A stretch of 64,000 nt of DNA from Patescibacteria group bacterium (GCA_028716665.1 JAQUPP010000001.1:37313-101312), one strand, 5' to 3'. Positions 49,055 to 60,188 are shown, counted from the stretch's first letter. The notes: generated by a model not told the origin, from the sequence alone. Made by a program: numbers and translations.

Positions 49055-51034
49055 TTATTTTGATGTATAACCGGAAATTTTAAATTTAAAACCAAATCCT
49101 TCCGCGGTTGGTTTATATGGAATCTCAACAAATAATTGCCCTGCTTTATTCTTCTTGAAAAAAATCGGCGACCATCGATTGGCTTCCGCCAAAAGCGCTA
49201 ATTTTAAATATTTGCCATTTGCAGAATCCGATTGTTTTAAAAGCTGCAAAAAATCATTAATCAAACTTCCCGACTTAACGATTATTTTCAGTTTTCCTTT
49301 TTTATGTTGATAGTCGCATTGTCCTTTTTGTTGATAATCGCCGAATTTGGAGAAACGCAGTAAGCTCATGGCGTCCCAACCGAATTCTCCCAGCCAATAT
49401 TCTATATATATGGAAGGCAATTCGCAAAGATAAAAATTATTATATTCATCAAAAGAAAAACCCAGGGGATGAGTATTTTTATTTCTTTTTTTAAAAGCGA
49501 TTTTAATCAATTTGAAAAGTTCTTGCGGCTGTTTTTTTAAAAATTCTTTATCTTTGTGATTTTCAAAATATTCTTTGGCGAATTTTGAAAACTCTCCCGG
49601 CGCATATTCCCAGTAACCTTTTAAAGAAGGCAATAATCGGGTGGTTCCCAAATCGTCAACCACGTGCATAACATCATAAATATCCATTCCGTTTTTCAAT
49701 TTAAAAATAGCGTCGCGCCATTTTATCGCTTTTTCCAATTCTCTCAATTTAATCGCCTTATTCATCTCGTCTTCAAACTCCAAAACCATCGAGCTGAAAT
49801 CAGCAGCCATAACTCTCTCTTTGTAGGGTCTTAATTTTACTGTTTTAAAAGCCTGGCGATGCGCTTGCCTGATTAATCCGGATCTTTGATATTCAAAAGC
49901 CAAATCAATAATTGCGCGATAATAATTTTCCGATTTTTCTTTTATTTTATGGCTTATTTTAGGAATCAAAAAAACAATCTTTTTTAAATTAAAAGCGCTT
50001 TGCTCTATCATTTCCAAACTCCACCAAGGCTTGGCCGAAGCCCACCAATATTGATCACTAGACAATGCCTTATCCAATTTATCTCTGATTTCTTTATAAT
50101 TAGCGACATTTTTATCCAATTTTGAGACTAAATCAATTACAAAATAAGTAAGTTCCCACTGATGGCAATGAATCGGATTCCCCGGATTTTGCCAAAGAGT
50201 GAATGGGTGTTGTTTTTCTTTTTCCAGCCAAAAATCCTGCTCCTCAGAGCTCCAAGTGCAATCCCGAGGAATAATTTTTTCATTATTTGTTGAAAAATTT
50301 TTAATCAATTCCGAAATAAAAACTTTTTCAATTTTTTGATCCTGATAAATTTCGAAAAGTAAATTCTCCAAACCCGGACGATGATGACCAAATGTTTCGC
50401 CGTCCATTACCGTCAAAAGATAACGGTCTTTTTTAATTTCATCTCCGATTTCGCTGGTCAAAGATTTAAAATTTCGGCAAATGGCCGAGAGAATCAAATT
50501 GCTGATTCTTTTATCGCGAAAAATAATTTTCAAATGATTCAATTTTTGAATCGGATAAATTTTTTTAAAATCCGGTTTTTGCGGCGAAGCCAATTCTTCA
50601 GCGACAATCCATTTAAAACCGCATTCTTCCACAACTTTTGCCACTTTTTCGCTGTAAGCCAATTCGGGTGAAAAAAATCCTTTTGGCTGCCAATATTTTC
50701 CGAAATATTTTTTATTGGTTTCATTATTCAAAAGAATTTGCCTTTTAATTTCTTCTTTCGGCAATAAAGGCAAAAAGGGGTGATATTTAACCCCTCCGGT
50801 GAATTCAATTTGTCCGCGCTTGGCAAAATCTTTTATTTGCTCAATCACGTCTTGATAGCCGTTTTTCGCCAATAATTCTGTTAATCCGGCGCTGATATTA
50901 ATGGTAATTTTCGCCCGGGGATTAAGAGCCAAACCGCTGATTATTTTACGATAACTTTCATTGACTATTCGCTCTAAAATATCCAATTGCTGGCTTGATG
51001 GTTGATAAAAATGTAGAAAAATAGCCCATTTCAT
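49055..51034 (-). CDS. glycoside hydrolase family 57 protein with a UVR-like helical segment and C-terminal extension
   Basis: LHFYQP, ESY, YHPFLPLL, GFFSPELAY, DGETFGHH, SSDQYWW; later EMNKAIKLRELEKAIKWRDAI. Confidence 0.82.
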   Translation of the reverse strand: MKWAIFLHFYQPSSQQLDILERIVNESYRKIISGLALNPRAKITINISAGLTELLAKNGYQDVIEQIKDFAKRGQIEFTGGVKYHPFLPLLPKEEIKRQILLNNETNKKYFGKYWQPKGFFSPELAYSEKVAKVVEECGFKWIVAEELASPQKPDFKKIYPIQKLNHLKIIFRDKRISNLILSAICRNFKSLTSEIGDEIKKDRYLLTVMDGETFGHHRPGLENLLFEIYQDQKIEKVFISELIKNFSTNNEKIIPRDCTWSSEEQDFWLEKEKQHPFTLWQNPGNPIHCHQWELTYFVIDLVSKLDKNVANYKEIRDKLDKALSSDQYWWASAKPWWSLEMIEQSAFNLKKIVFLIPKISHKIKEKSENYYRAIIDLAFEYQRSGLIRQAHRQAFKTVKLRPYKERVMAADFSSMVLEFEDEMNKAIKLRELEKAIKWRDAIFKLKNGMDIYDVMHVVDDLGTTRLLPSLKGYWEYAPGEFSKFAKEYFENHKDKEFLKKQPQELFKLIKIAFKKRNKNTHPLGFSFDEYNNFYLCELPSIYIEYWLGEFGWDAMSLLRFSKFGDYQQKGQCDYQHKKGKLKIIVKSGSLINDFLQLLKQSDSANGKYLKLALLAEANRWSPIFFKKNKAGQLFVEIPYKPTAEGFGFKFKISGYTSK

Positions 51035-51114
51035 ATCAATATTATATCACTATTTTAAAAAATATAAAAGCCAAGAACTGATTAAATATCAACTCTTGAC
51101 TTTTATATAAAAAT

Positions 51115-52587
51115 TTATTTTCTCAATTTTTTAACTATTTTACGATATAAAATCACGTATTTTTTAGCCGGTAATTTCCAAGAATATGACTCTCTCATCG
51201 CTTGGCGGACTATTTTTTGCCAAATATTTTTTCTTTTATAATTTTCCAAGGCCCTGGCGATGGTAAACAATAAATCCTGAGGATGATAAGTGGAGAGGAC
51301 AAAACCATTGCCGCGTAATGTTTGCGGATTGTAGTCAACAATCGTGTCGGAGAGCCCGCCCACTTCGTGAACAATCGGGATTGAACCGTAGCGCAAACTG
51401 ATCAATTGCGAGATTCCGCAAGGTTCAAATCGCGACGGCATTAAATAAAAATCCGAAGCGGCATAAATTTTCCTTTCCATGTCTTCTTTAAACGGATAAA
51501 AGAATAATAATTTCTTCGGGTGTTTCTTGGCTTTTTTTCTGAAAAACTCCGTATAATTTTCATCTCCACTGCCGACAATGGCTATCTGAAGATTTAATTT
51601 CAAAAGAAAATCCAAAATTTGGATAATCAATTCAAATCCTTTCTGTTCGGATAAACGATTTGCCAACCCGATTAAAGGAATTCTCGGATCAATTTTCAGA
51701 CCAAACTTTTTTTGGAGAATAATTTTATTTTCCACTTTTTTTTCCAAAGAATTGGCGCGATAATTTACATAAAGAGCCGGATCAAAACGAGGATTGAAAA
51801 CCGTATAGTCTATGCCATTAATAATGCCATAAATATCTTTTAATCTTTGCTTTAAAAAGAAATCCAATTCACAACCGAATTGCGGGGTTAAAATTTCTTG
51901 AGCATAACGCTCACTGACTGTATTGATAACATCAGCATAAATAATCCCCCTCTTCATGAAATTTATATTTTGCAATTCCTCTACGGTGTTGGGTAGTGGA
52001 TTTTTCCCATTATCTCTTTGTTCTTTGGGAATTTTCCACCAATCAGTTGGCGATTGCCAATTTAAATTATGAATCGTCAGCAGTGTACCGACATTTTTCA
52101 AATCAGGATCTTTTTTATATTTTGTTTTCAATAAATAAGGAACCAATCCGGTATGCCAGTCGTGAACATGAAAAATCTGCGGATCAAATTTTAAAATTTT
52201 AACCAATTCTATGGCCGCTAAATTAAACAGATAAAATCTCAAGCCGTTATCCGGATAGTCGTAAATTTTTTCTTTATATCTGGAACCGAATAATTTTTCC
52301 TGGCAGACAAAAAAAACCGGATATTTATCCGGAGAAATGATTTTTTTAAAACCAACTTGATAATTTCGGCCAGCCAATTTAATGGATATTTTATACGGCA
52401 AATTTTCAATCGGCCAATTATTTTTTTTAATTATGCCGTAATAAGGGGTGATAACAATTACTTTGTACCCCAAGCGATAGAGAGAGCGCGGTAAATATCT
52501 GATTACTTCGCCCAACCCGCCGGTTTTTGAATAAGGCGATACCTCAGCGCTGATATGAACAATTTTAAGGTTTTTTTTCATATTCAC
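51115..52587 (-). CDS. glgA: glycogen/starch synthase (GT5)
   Basis: EVSPYSKTGGLG, HVHDWHT, TIHN, INGID, RLSEQKG, PSRFEPCGISQ. Confidence 0.93.
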   Translation of the reverse strand: MNMKKNLKIVHISAEVSPYSKTGGLGEVIRYLPRSLYRLGYKVIVITPYYGIIKKNNWPIENLPYKISIKLAGRNYQVGFKKIISPDKYPVFFVCQEKLFGSRYKEKIYDYPDNGLRFYLFNLAAIELVKILKFDPQIFHVHDWHTGLVPYLLKTKYKKDPDLKNVGTLLTIHNLNWQSPTDWWKIPKEQRDNGKNPLPNTVEELQNINFMKRGIIYADVINTVSERYAQEILTPQFGCELDFFLKQRLKDIYGIINGIDYTVFNPRFDPALYVNYRANSLEKKVENKIILQKKFGLKIDPRIPLIGLANRLSEQKGFELIIQILDFLLKLNLQIAIVGSGDENYTEFFRKKAKKHPKKLLFFYPFKEDMERKIYAASDFYLMPSRFEPCGISQLISLRYGSIPIVHEVGGLSDTIVDYNPQTLRGNGFVLSTYHPQDLLFTIARALENYKRKNIWQKIVRQAMRESYSWKLPAKKYVILYRKIVKKLRK

Positions 52588-52596
52588 CTGCTAAAA

Positions 52597-53079
52597 TTAA
52601 TCCAAGAAATTCTTCATTTGCGCTCCGGCAATAGCGATTGCTAAAGCGTCAGCCGCATCGTCGGGCCTGGGAATTTCCTTGAGCCTAAGCACCAATTTGA
52701 CCATTTTCTGAATTTGCTGTTTTGAGGCCTGTCCATAACCTGTTAGGGCTTGTTTAACTTGCAATGGTGTCAGTTCGCAAACCGGGACGTCATTTAAATC
52801 CGCACTCAAAACTATCACCCCTCTCGCTTCCCCGACTTGAAAGGCTGTTTTAACGTTTTTGGCAAAATAAATTTTTTCTACAACAATTTTTTCAGGTTTG
52901 TATTTTTTAATCAAAATTTTCAGTTCATTGAAAATTTTAGACAATCTTTTTGCAAAAACGGTTTTAGACGAAGTAAGAATACACCCGTAATCTATGGCTG
53001 ACCATTTATTATTGCCTTCTGTTTTAATCACGCCGTAGCCGGTAGTGGCCACGCCAGGATCTATACCTAAAATAATCAT
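52597..53079 (-). CDS. ruvC: Holliday junction resolvase RuvC
   Basis: ILGIDPG..TGYG, VEKIYF, GEARGV, PLQVK..LTGYG.ASK, DDAADALA. Confidence 0.97.
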   Translation of the reverse strand: MIILGIDPGVATTGYGVIKTEGNNKWSAIDYGCILTSSKTVFAKRLSKIFNELKILIKKYKPEKIVVEKIYFAKNVKTAFQVGEARGVIVLSADLNDVPVCELTPLQVKQALTGYGQASKQQIQKMVKLVLRLKEIPRPDDAADALAIAIAGAQMKNFLD

Positions 53080-53158
53080 AAGCTAAATGCTAATCACTAT
53101 AAATTATGAGTTTGTAAAAATTTGTATGGAATTATTATTTGTAACGATTCGCATTTAA

Positions 53159-53884
53159 TTACTCAACATTAGAATAACACTCTTCAACATCCTGATCGTC
53201 TTCAATTTCTTCAATAATAGTTTCCAATTTTTTTTGAATTGATTCATCCACTTTAATCGGGTCTTTGGCAACCCATTCTATATCGGCATAATCTATTTTT
53301 ATATTTTCTTTTTCCAGACCTTCTTTAATTTTTTGCAAATTTTCTGACTTGCAATAAATCATTAATCCGTCATCTTCGGGTTTAACATCATCAACCCCTA
53401 AATCAATAATTTTTAATTCCAAATCATCTAATTTTATGCTGCTTTCCGGTGAAACAGAAGCTCGAATCACTCCCTTTCTTTCAAACATCCATAAAACAGA
53501 ATTTTGACCGCCCAAAGAACCGTTATATTTATTAAAAATGCGCCTTAAGCTGCCGGTAGTTCGATTTTTATTATCAGTTAAAGCCTTAATTACAATCATT
53601 ATTCCTTCAGGGCCAAAAGCTTCATAAATAACTTCTTCAATTTGTTCTCCTCCCAATTCGCCTGTTCCTTTTTTAACGGCCCTCTCAATGTTGTCTTTTG
53701 GCACATTAGCCTGTCTGGCTTTTTCCATAGCCAGGCGAAGCTTAAAATTAGAGACAGGATCGCCGCCGCCTTCCCGGGCGGCAATAGTAACCGCATGCGC
53801 CATTTTAGTGAAAATATTGCTTTTTTTAATATCTAAAGCCCCTTTAAAATGTTTTAATTTTGCCCATTTGCTATGTCCACTCAT
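53159..53884 (-). CDS. yebC: YebC/PmpR family protein
   Basis: MSGHSKWA, GGDP..N..LR, PKDNIERA, YEAFGP.G, TDNKNRT. Confidence 0.95.
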   Translation of the reverse strand: MSGHSKWAKLKHFKGALDIKKSNIFTKMAHAVTIAAREGGGDPVSNFKLRLAMEKARQANVPKDNIERAVKKGTGELGGEQIEEVIYEAFGPEGIMIVIKALTDNKNRTTGSLRRIFNKYNGSLGGQNSVLWMFERKGVIRASVSPESSIKLDDLELKIIDLGVDDVKPEDDGLMIYCKSENLQKIKEGLEKENIKIDYADIEWVAKDPIKVDESIQKKLETIIEEIEDDQDVEECYSNVE

Positions 53885-53998
53885 ATTAATTTATTTTAAT
53901 ATTTAATATTACAATATTATAGCATAATTTAAATTATAGACAATATTCATTACCCGTGTTAAAATGATACCATGTTAACATGCTAAAATAATATCATT

Positions 53999-55048
53999 AT
54001 GACTATTTTAGACGATTTGAAACAAATTAGAAAAATAGACAAATTAAAAATGGCTGACTTCATTTCTGAACTGCCGGAACAATGTTTGGCGGCTTATGAG
54101 CAAGCTCTAAAAATATCTCTGCCCAAAGATTGTCATGAAGTGAAAAATATCATTATCTGCGGCATGGGTGGATCGGCTATTGGCGGTGAATTGGCTAAAG
54201 ATTTGGTCCAAAATAAAATTACTGTTCCGATTATCATCAATCGTGATTTTAATTTACCGATTTTGGTTGATGAAAAAAGCTTGGTGATTCTAGTCAGTTA
54301 TTCCGGCAATACTCAAGAAACCATAAACTGCTTTAAACAATCCTTAAAAACAAAAGCAAAAAAATTTGTCATTACCGGCGGCGGTGAATTGGAAAAAATG
54401 GCAAAAAAAGAAAATTGCCCTATTTTTAAATTTAAATATTCGGCGCCTCCTCGGGCTTCTCTGGCCTATTTGTTTATACCAATCTTGGTTATTTTTGAAA
54501 AAATGGGTCTGGTAAATTTAAAATCATGGCAAATTACCGAATCTTTAAAAGAACTTCAAAAAATCAATAAAAATTTTAAACCTGAAACATTGACGGAAAA
54601 AAATAAAGCCAAATTCTTGGCTTATTCTGTTTTTGATCGCCTGCCGATTATTATCGCTCCATCTCATTTTTCTTCTTTGGCTAATCGTCTGAAAAATCAA
54701 TTGGCGGAAAACGGTAAAAATTTCGCTTTTTCCGAAACCTGGCCGGAAATTTTTCATAATTTCATTGAAAGTCGTCTACCCTTACGAATGGAAGACGATC
54801 TTATTTATTTATTTTTGGACGATTTAAATCAAGATAAAGAAATTAAAAAATCTTTAATATCTTTTCAAGATTTATTGGATAAAAAAAGAAATTACAAAGA
54901 AACAATTTCTCCTTTTGGCGAAAATTATTTCACTCAATTTTTATCTTTTATTTTAATAAGCGATTGGTTAAGCTTTTATTTGGCTATTTTGAATCAATCT
55001 GACCCCACCCCGGTTGAAAACATTAATTGGTTAAAAAAACAATTATAA
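53999..55048 (+). CDS. bifunctional phosphoglucose/phosphomannose isomerase (SIS)
   Basis: GMGGSAIGG, SYSGNTQET, TGGG.L, PRASL, QLAENGK, PE..HN, DPTPV. Confidence 0.88.
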   Translation: MTILDDLKQIRKIDKLKMADFISELPEQCLAAYEQALKISLPKDCHEVKNIIICGMGGSAIGGELAKDLVQNKITVPIIINRDFNLPILVDEKSLVILVSYSGNTQETINCFKQSLKTKAKKFVITGGGELEKMAKKENCPIFKFKYSAPPRASLAYLFIPILVIFEKMGLVNLKSWQITESLKELQKINKNFKPETLTEKNKAKFLAYSVFDRLPIIIAPSHFSSLANRLKNQLAENGKNFAFSETWPEIFHNFIESRLPLRMEDDLIYLFLDDLNQDKEIKKSLISFQDLLDKKRNYKETISPFGENYFTQFLSFILISDWLSFYLAILNQSDPTPVENINWLKKQL

Positions 55049-56760
55049 TGCGAGCGCTGAGAATTGTATATTCTTATATAATAAAAAATTGGTCCTGGCT
55101 CAGTTACTGGGTCATTTTTAGTCTTGGCTTTATTGTATTCCTTTACATCAATATGGCTCCTCCTTGCATTTTAGATGGAGATGGATTTTATCACGTCAAA
55201 ATAGCTTTAATGTTGAAGGAAGGTAAAATAATCCAAGATTTTCCTTGGACGCAATTTACAACTTATAAAGACCTTTTTGTTGACCACCATCTTGGTTATC
55301 ACTGGCTATTGGTTCCATTTTTATCTTTGCCAACGCCGAGCAACTTAGACGCTTTTTCGGCCGAAATTGATCCTTTAATTAAGGCAAAATTAGCCACAAC
55401 TTTCTTTGCCGCCCTGATATTTGTGATAATTTATTGGTTTTTTCGCTTTCTTAAAACAAAAAAATCCTTGATTTGGACACTGCTCTGTTTCTTGGTTCCT
55501 GTTTTTTTAGTCAGACTTTCTTTTGTTAGAGCGCCGGCAATCTCAGTCGGTATTTTAATTTTGGGATATTATTTGATTTTAAAGAAAAAATATTTACTTC
55601 TATTTTTGCTTTCTTATTTATATGTTTTAACTCACGGCGCTTGGCCTCTAATTATTGTAGTAACCGTTATTTACGGCCTTGCCGGTTCTTTAAAATATTT
55701 GATTAATCATCTTTATATTTTAAAACTGAAATCTGAAAATAAAAAAATAAATATTTTTACTTTTTGTTTTTCGCATTTATGGCGAGGATTTTTCAAAAAG
55801 AATAATTTAAAACTGATTTTTTCTTGTATTCTGGGATCGACTGCCGGACTGATTTTAAATCCTTATTTCCCTAAAACTCTTCCTTTTTATTGGTTCCAAA
55901 CCGTCAAAATAGCAATTTTAAATTATCAAAGTAAAATCGGTGTCGGAGCTGAATGGTATCCCTACCCCATGGACAGCTTGGTTTTTTTCAATTTACCAAT
56001 TTTTATTCCTTTGGTAATTTCCATCGCCTGGTTTCTCACTTTTATAAAAAAACAAAGGAGGACGGTTTGGTTTTTCTTTTTACTTTCTGTTTTTTTCTTT
56101 TTATATACTTTGAAATCCAGAAGAAATGTAGAATATTTTATCCCGGTGGCTATTTTTTTCAGCGCCCTTATATTCAACCAAATAATTAAAAAAATAAACT
56201 GGCTGAAAATTAAAACCCAAATTAAAAAAAATTTTCAAGGATCTAATAATATATTTTATTTTATCTTTACGGTATTTTTCATTATTTTAAGCGGTTATTT
56301 TTTAATAAATTATATTGATCAAAGTATCTATCAATTGCGGAGATCTGAGCTCGACGACCCGTCTATTAATCACCTTCAAAGAGCTTCTGGGTGGTTAAAA
56401 CAAAACAGCCAACCGCAAGAAATAGTTTTTCAAAGTAACTGGGATATTTTTCCCCAATTATTTTATTTTAATAATCAAAATTATTACATTAATGGGCTGG
56501 ACCAAACCTTCATGTACGAGAAAGATAAAGATCTATATAAAATATGGTTGAATTTGGTTTCCGGCCGCGCTGATCCTCAAACTGCTGCTCAAATTATCAA
56601 AGAAAAATTTCATGCCTCTTATATTCTTTTGGACAAACAAGACAAAGAATTCGCCAATTTGCTGAAAAAATCAAAATTAGAAAAAACTTACGAAGACGAC
56701 GAGGCGATTATTTATAGAGTAGGGGTAATTTCTCCTACTATGCAATCTCCCTCGTTGTGA
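55048..56760 (+). CDS. multi-TM GT-C-like glycosyltransferase (probable)
   Basis: D.DGFYH, FPW, DHHLGYH first-loop motifs; many TM helices; TAATG coupling with the upstream gene. Confidence 0.6.
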   Translation: MRALRIVYSYIIKNWSWLSYWVIFSLGFIVFLYINMAPPCILDGDGFYHVKIALMLKEGKIIQDFPWTQFTTYKDLFVDHHLGYHWLLVPFLSLPTPSNLDAFSAEIDPLIKAKLATTFFAALIFVIIYWFFRFLKTKKSLIWTLLCFLVPVFLVRLSFVRAPAISVGILILGYYLILKKKYLLLFLLSYLYVLTHGAWPLIIVVTVIYGLAGSLKYLINHLYILKLKSENKKINIFTFCFSHLWRGFFKKNNLKLIFSCILGSTAGLILNPYFPKTLPFYWFQTVKIAILNYQSKIGVGAEWYPYPMDSLVFFNLPIFIPLVISIAWFLTFIKKQRRTVWFFFLLSVFFFLYTLKSRRNVEYFIPVAIFFSALIFNQIIKKINWLKIKTQIKKNFQGSNNIFYFIFTVFFIILSGYFLINYIDQSIYQLRRSELDDPSINHLQRASGWLKQNSQPQEIVFQSNWDIFPQLFYFNNQNYYINGLDQTFMYEKDKDLYKIWLNLVSGRADPQTAAQIIKEKFHASYILLDKQDKEFANLLKKSKLEKTYEDDEAIIYRVGVISPTMQSPSL

Positions 56761-56793
56761 TTATAAATTAGAAGAATAGAGTTGTTTATATTT

Positions 56794-58089
56794 ATGCCAA
56801 AAGTTAATGTTTCAAAACAATTTTTTATATTTGGATTATTAACTGAAATAATTTATTTGTCCTTTTATTTTATTGAACCATTAAGAAAATATTTAGGCGA
56901 TCAATGCATTACTCTCTGCAATGATCGCCTATTTTTATTAATAGTTGGATTATTAATTCTGGCATTAATTTTTTACATTTTTGGTTACAAACAAGTAATT
57001 AAAAAGAATGTTAATTTAAAAACAATTATCATTTTTTTTATTATTTTTAATTTGACCTTATTGTTTATTTGGCCAATCGGTTCAACCGATATATTCACTT
57101 ATATTTATCAATCCAGGGTTTTATCAGTACATCACGCCAACCCATATTTAACGCCTTATAGCGCATTTCCTAACGACAGTTTCTATCATTTGATCAAAAA
57201 TTCATGGTCAACAAACACAACGCCGTATGGGCCGTTTTGGACGATTATCAGTAGCATATTAAGTTTTATCGGGAAAAATAGTTTATTGTTTTCCCTGCTG
57301 ATTTTCAAGCTCTTTTTTATCTTGATTAATTTTTTAAATCTTTTTTTAATTTATAAAATTTCAAATAGCGCCAAAGCTGTTTTTCTTTATGCATGGAATC
57401 CTTTAATTTTATACGAGTTCGCTCTTAACGGACATAATGACGTCTTAATTATTTTTTTCGTCTTACTTGGTTTGCTTTTCTTTTTACGCCAAGATAAAAT
57501 AAAAAATTATGTTTTATCTTGGATTTTTTTAATGTTTTCTGTGTTAATTAAATTCTATACAATTATATTCTTGCCGATATTCTTTTTAATCTCTTTGTTT
57601 AATCTTAAAACAAAAAAAGAAAAACTGTATTTTTCCTTAACGGCCGTTTTAACAACCATAATAATTGCAATACTTTGCTTTTTACCTTTTTGGGGCGGCT
57701 TAAAAGGTTTCTCCGGGGTCAAAACACAGCTTCTAAAAACAGAAATGATATTTTCATCAATTGCAATATTAATACTTTCATTGCTGTTTTATTTCTTGCA
57801 TCTAAACAACTATTTCAATTTAGCCAATATAATCGGCAAAATAATATTTTTAACTTCTTATTGCGCAATAACAGTAAAAATATTTTTTGATCACTGTAAA
57901 TTAATTAAAAATGATATTTTAAAATACTGTTTTTTTGTTTATTTTATTTTTATCATAACCGCGGTCAGTTGGTTAATGCCCTGGTACCTTGTTTTATTGA
58001 TAGTTCTATTGATTTTAAATTTAAAAAACAATACTCTTCTTTATTTTATCACTCTCTATGGTATATTATATTACACTATTCTCAGATAA
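56794..58089 (+). CDS. GT-C alpha-mannosyltransferase-like (MptA/GT87-like) membrane protein
   Basis: STDIFTY...ANPY, TPYGPFW, YAWNPL, GHND, LIK, PWY. Confidence 0.75.
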   Translation: MPKVNVSKQFFIFGLLTEIIYLSFYFIEPLRKYLGDQCITLCNDRLFLLIVGLLILALIFYIFGYKQVIKKNVNLKTIIIFFIIFNLTLLFIWPIGSTDIFTYIYQSRVLSVHHANPYLTPYSAFPNDSFYHLIKNSWSTNTTPYGPFWTIISSILSFIGKNSLLFSLLIFKLFFILINFLNLFLIYKISNSAKAVFLYAWNPLILYEFALNGHNDVLIIFFVLLGLLFFLRQDKIKNYVLSWIFLMFSVLIKFYTIIFLPIFFLISLFNLKTKKEKLYFSLTAVLTTIIIAILCFLPFWGGLKGFSGVKTQLLKTEMIFSSIAILILSLLFYFLHLNNYFNLANIIGKIIFLTSYCAITVKIFFDHCKLIKNDILKYCFFVYFIFIITAVSWLMPWYLVLLIVLLILNLKNNTLLYFITLYGILYYTILR

Positions 58090-58093
58090 TTAA

Positions 58094-59491
58094 ATGAAAA
58101 ATATATATAAAAATTTATTATTGACAATAAAAGACAAACTGGCAGTTAACAGCTGGTGGCTGTTTTTATTTTTAATTTTATTATTTTTCCATTGGGCTCG
58201 CCTCCCCAGCAGTGACGAAGGGGTTGTCACAAACGGTGCGTGGAATTTAATAAATCACAAGCAATTATATATTGATTTTTTTGAATTTATCTCTCCGGGC
58301 AGCTTTTATTTAATTTTTTGGTTTTGGGAAATCTTTGGTATTCATTATTTTATAGCTAATTTTTTGGCTATTTTAATCGTTTTTTTGAGCTCAATAGGCA
58401 TATACAGAATCACTCAAACAATCTCCAAAAACAAATTCAATCGTTTTTTTCCTCTTGTTTTTATCATCGCTTCCATTTATTGGCCGATTATCAATCATAA
58501 TACCTTTAACATATTTTTCGTCATTTGGGCTGTTTATTTTTTTCTCAAAGGATTATCTGATTATTCAAAAAATAATTTTATCATCAGCGGATTATTATCC
58601 GGCTTGTCTGTCTTATTTCTACAGCAAAGAGGAATTGCCTTGCTTCTGGCTTTATCGTCATTTTTAATCATATTTTTAATTAAAGAGAGAAAATATTTAT
58701 TATTAAAATTAAATTTTTATTTTCTCATTTTTTCCTTTCTCCCGCTTCTACTTTTACTGAAATGGCCTTTAAAAATATTATACGAAAATTTAATTATCTT
58801 TCCTCTCCTCAATTATACGGAAACGAATAAATACCCTTATTATTTATTCTTGTTTTTCTTGGTCATTTTATTTTTAGTGATCTGGTTTTTAAAAAATGAG
58901 AAATCCAAAAAAATTTGGTTGTTATTTTATGTTCAGTTTTTTCTGCTCCTATCTGTTTTGCCACGGCCTGATTTTTATCATATTTCTTTAATTATATTCC
59001 CCCTTTATTCCATTTTCCCCGTATTATTGGGGGAAATAAAAGGAACCAATCTCTTGGGAAAAACCGTTTATTTTATAATATCATTGGTCGTCTTATTAAT
59101 TATTTATCCTTCAATACTGATTATATGCTCCCAGTCCCTTTTCTATTCGGTAAAAAATGATAAAATTATCTCTTATATAAGGGATAATTGCCCGGGCACT
59201 TATTTGTATGCCGGCCCCTTTATGCCTGATATTTATTTTGAAACAAAAAAAATAAACCCTACCCCATATTCTGTTTTGATAACCAATCAGCAAACTAAAG
59301 AACAATTTCTGGAAGCGAAAAAAATGCTCGAAAAATACCAGCCAACTTGCGCCGTGTTGAACTATAATATAGTGGCTAAATTTAATTATGATAAAAATAA
59401 CCCGGTTGACAATTATATTTTAAATAATTATAAACCGAGTTTTCAAGATGGGGACACTTATGTTTATAGAATTTTGCCTGCCAATTTATAA
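58094..59491 (+). CDS. GT-C/PMT-like membrane glycosyltransferase
   Basis: SDEG...GAW...YIDFFE..SPG first-loop motif; multiple TM helices. Confidence 0.65.
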   Translation: MKNIYKNLLLTIKDKLAVNSWWLFLFLILLFFHWARLPSSDEGVVTNGAWNLINHKQLYIDFFEFISPGSFYLIFWFWEIFGIHYFIANFLAILIVFLSSIGIYRITQTISKNKFNRFFPLVFIIASIYWPIINHNTFNIFFVIWAVYFFLKGLSDYSKNNFIISGLLSGLSVLFLQQRGIALLLALSSFLIIFLIKERKYLLLKLNFYFLIFSFLPLLLLLKWPLKILYENLIIFPLLNYTETNKYPYYLFLFFLVILFLVIWFLKNEKSKKIWLLFYVQFFLLLSVLPRPDFYHISLIIFPLYSIFPVLLGEIKGTNLLGKTVYFIISLVVLLIIYPSILIICSQSLFYSVKNDKIISYIRDNCPGTYLYAGPFMPDIYFETKKINPTPYSVLITNQQTKEQFLEAKKMLEKYQPTCAVLNYNIVAKFNYDKNNPVDNYILNNYKPSFQDGDTYVYRILPANL

Positions 59492-60188
59492 CGAAGAAAA
59501 AATATTAAAAAATAACATTTTAAAGCTATTGAATTATTGCAATAGTCAAAATTTTAATTTTGACTGGCAAATAATTATTCTTAATAATGGCTCGACGGAT
59601 AATTCTGAAAAAATTTTACGAGAATTGAATAAAGAATATCCTCAAAAAATAAAGATAGATAACATCCAACAACCGGGCAAAGGACGAGCTATAAAGTTAT
59701 ATTGCCTAAAAAGCCAAGCTGATATTATTGTTTATATGGATATTGATTTGGCTGTTTCTTTAAAGAATATCCCTGACTTGATTGATCCAATTATTAAAGA
59801 AAGATATGACTTGGTGGTTGGATCCAGATTGTTGTCGACTTCAAAAATAGAAAGATCTTTTATCAGAAGTTTAAGTTCAAAAGTTTATAATTGGTTGTCA
59901 AAAATATTGTTTAATCATAATCTCTCCGACCTGCAATGTGGATTTAAAGCGATTAAAGCCGATATTTTTAAAAAAATTATCCCTTATATTAATGACAATA
60001 AATGGTTTTTTGACACGGAATTAATTATTTTTACCAAATATTTTGGTTATAAAATAAAAGAGATACCGGTTGATTGGCAAGAAAACAGGTATGATCAAAG
60101 AAAAACCAAGGTTCGCTTATTGAAAGATAGTTTTAATTTTATCTTGAATTTAGTAAAATTAAAAATGCGGCTTTATAAAGGGTTTTAA
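59448..60188 (+). CDS. GT2 polyprenol-phosphate glycosyltransferase (DPM/DPG synthase-like)
   Basis: LPIYNEE, NNGSTD, GKGRAI, YMDIDL, GSR, DLQCGFKA, WFFDTEL. Confidence 0.88.
   Translation: MGTLMFIEFCLPIYNEEKILKNNILKLLNYCNSQNFNFDWQIIILNNGSTDNSEKILRELNKEYPQKIKIDNIQQPGKGRAIKLYCLKSQADIIVYMDIDLAVSLKNIPDLIDPIIKERYDLVVGSRLLSTSKIERSFIRSLSSKVYNWLSKILFNHNLSDLQCGFKAIKADIFKKIIPYINDNKWFFDTELIIFTKYFGYKIKEIPVDWQENRYDQRKTKVRLLKDSFNFILNLVKLKMRLYKGF

Noticed and set aside
56718-56739. GTAG-type REP at the end of the first GT-C gene
   Set aside because: It is a single short imperfect hairpin (AGTAGGGG/CTCCTACT) with no second copy in the window, too weak to call.
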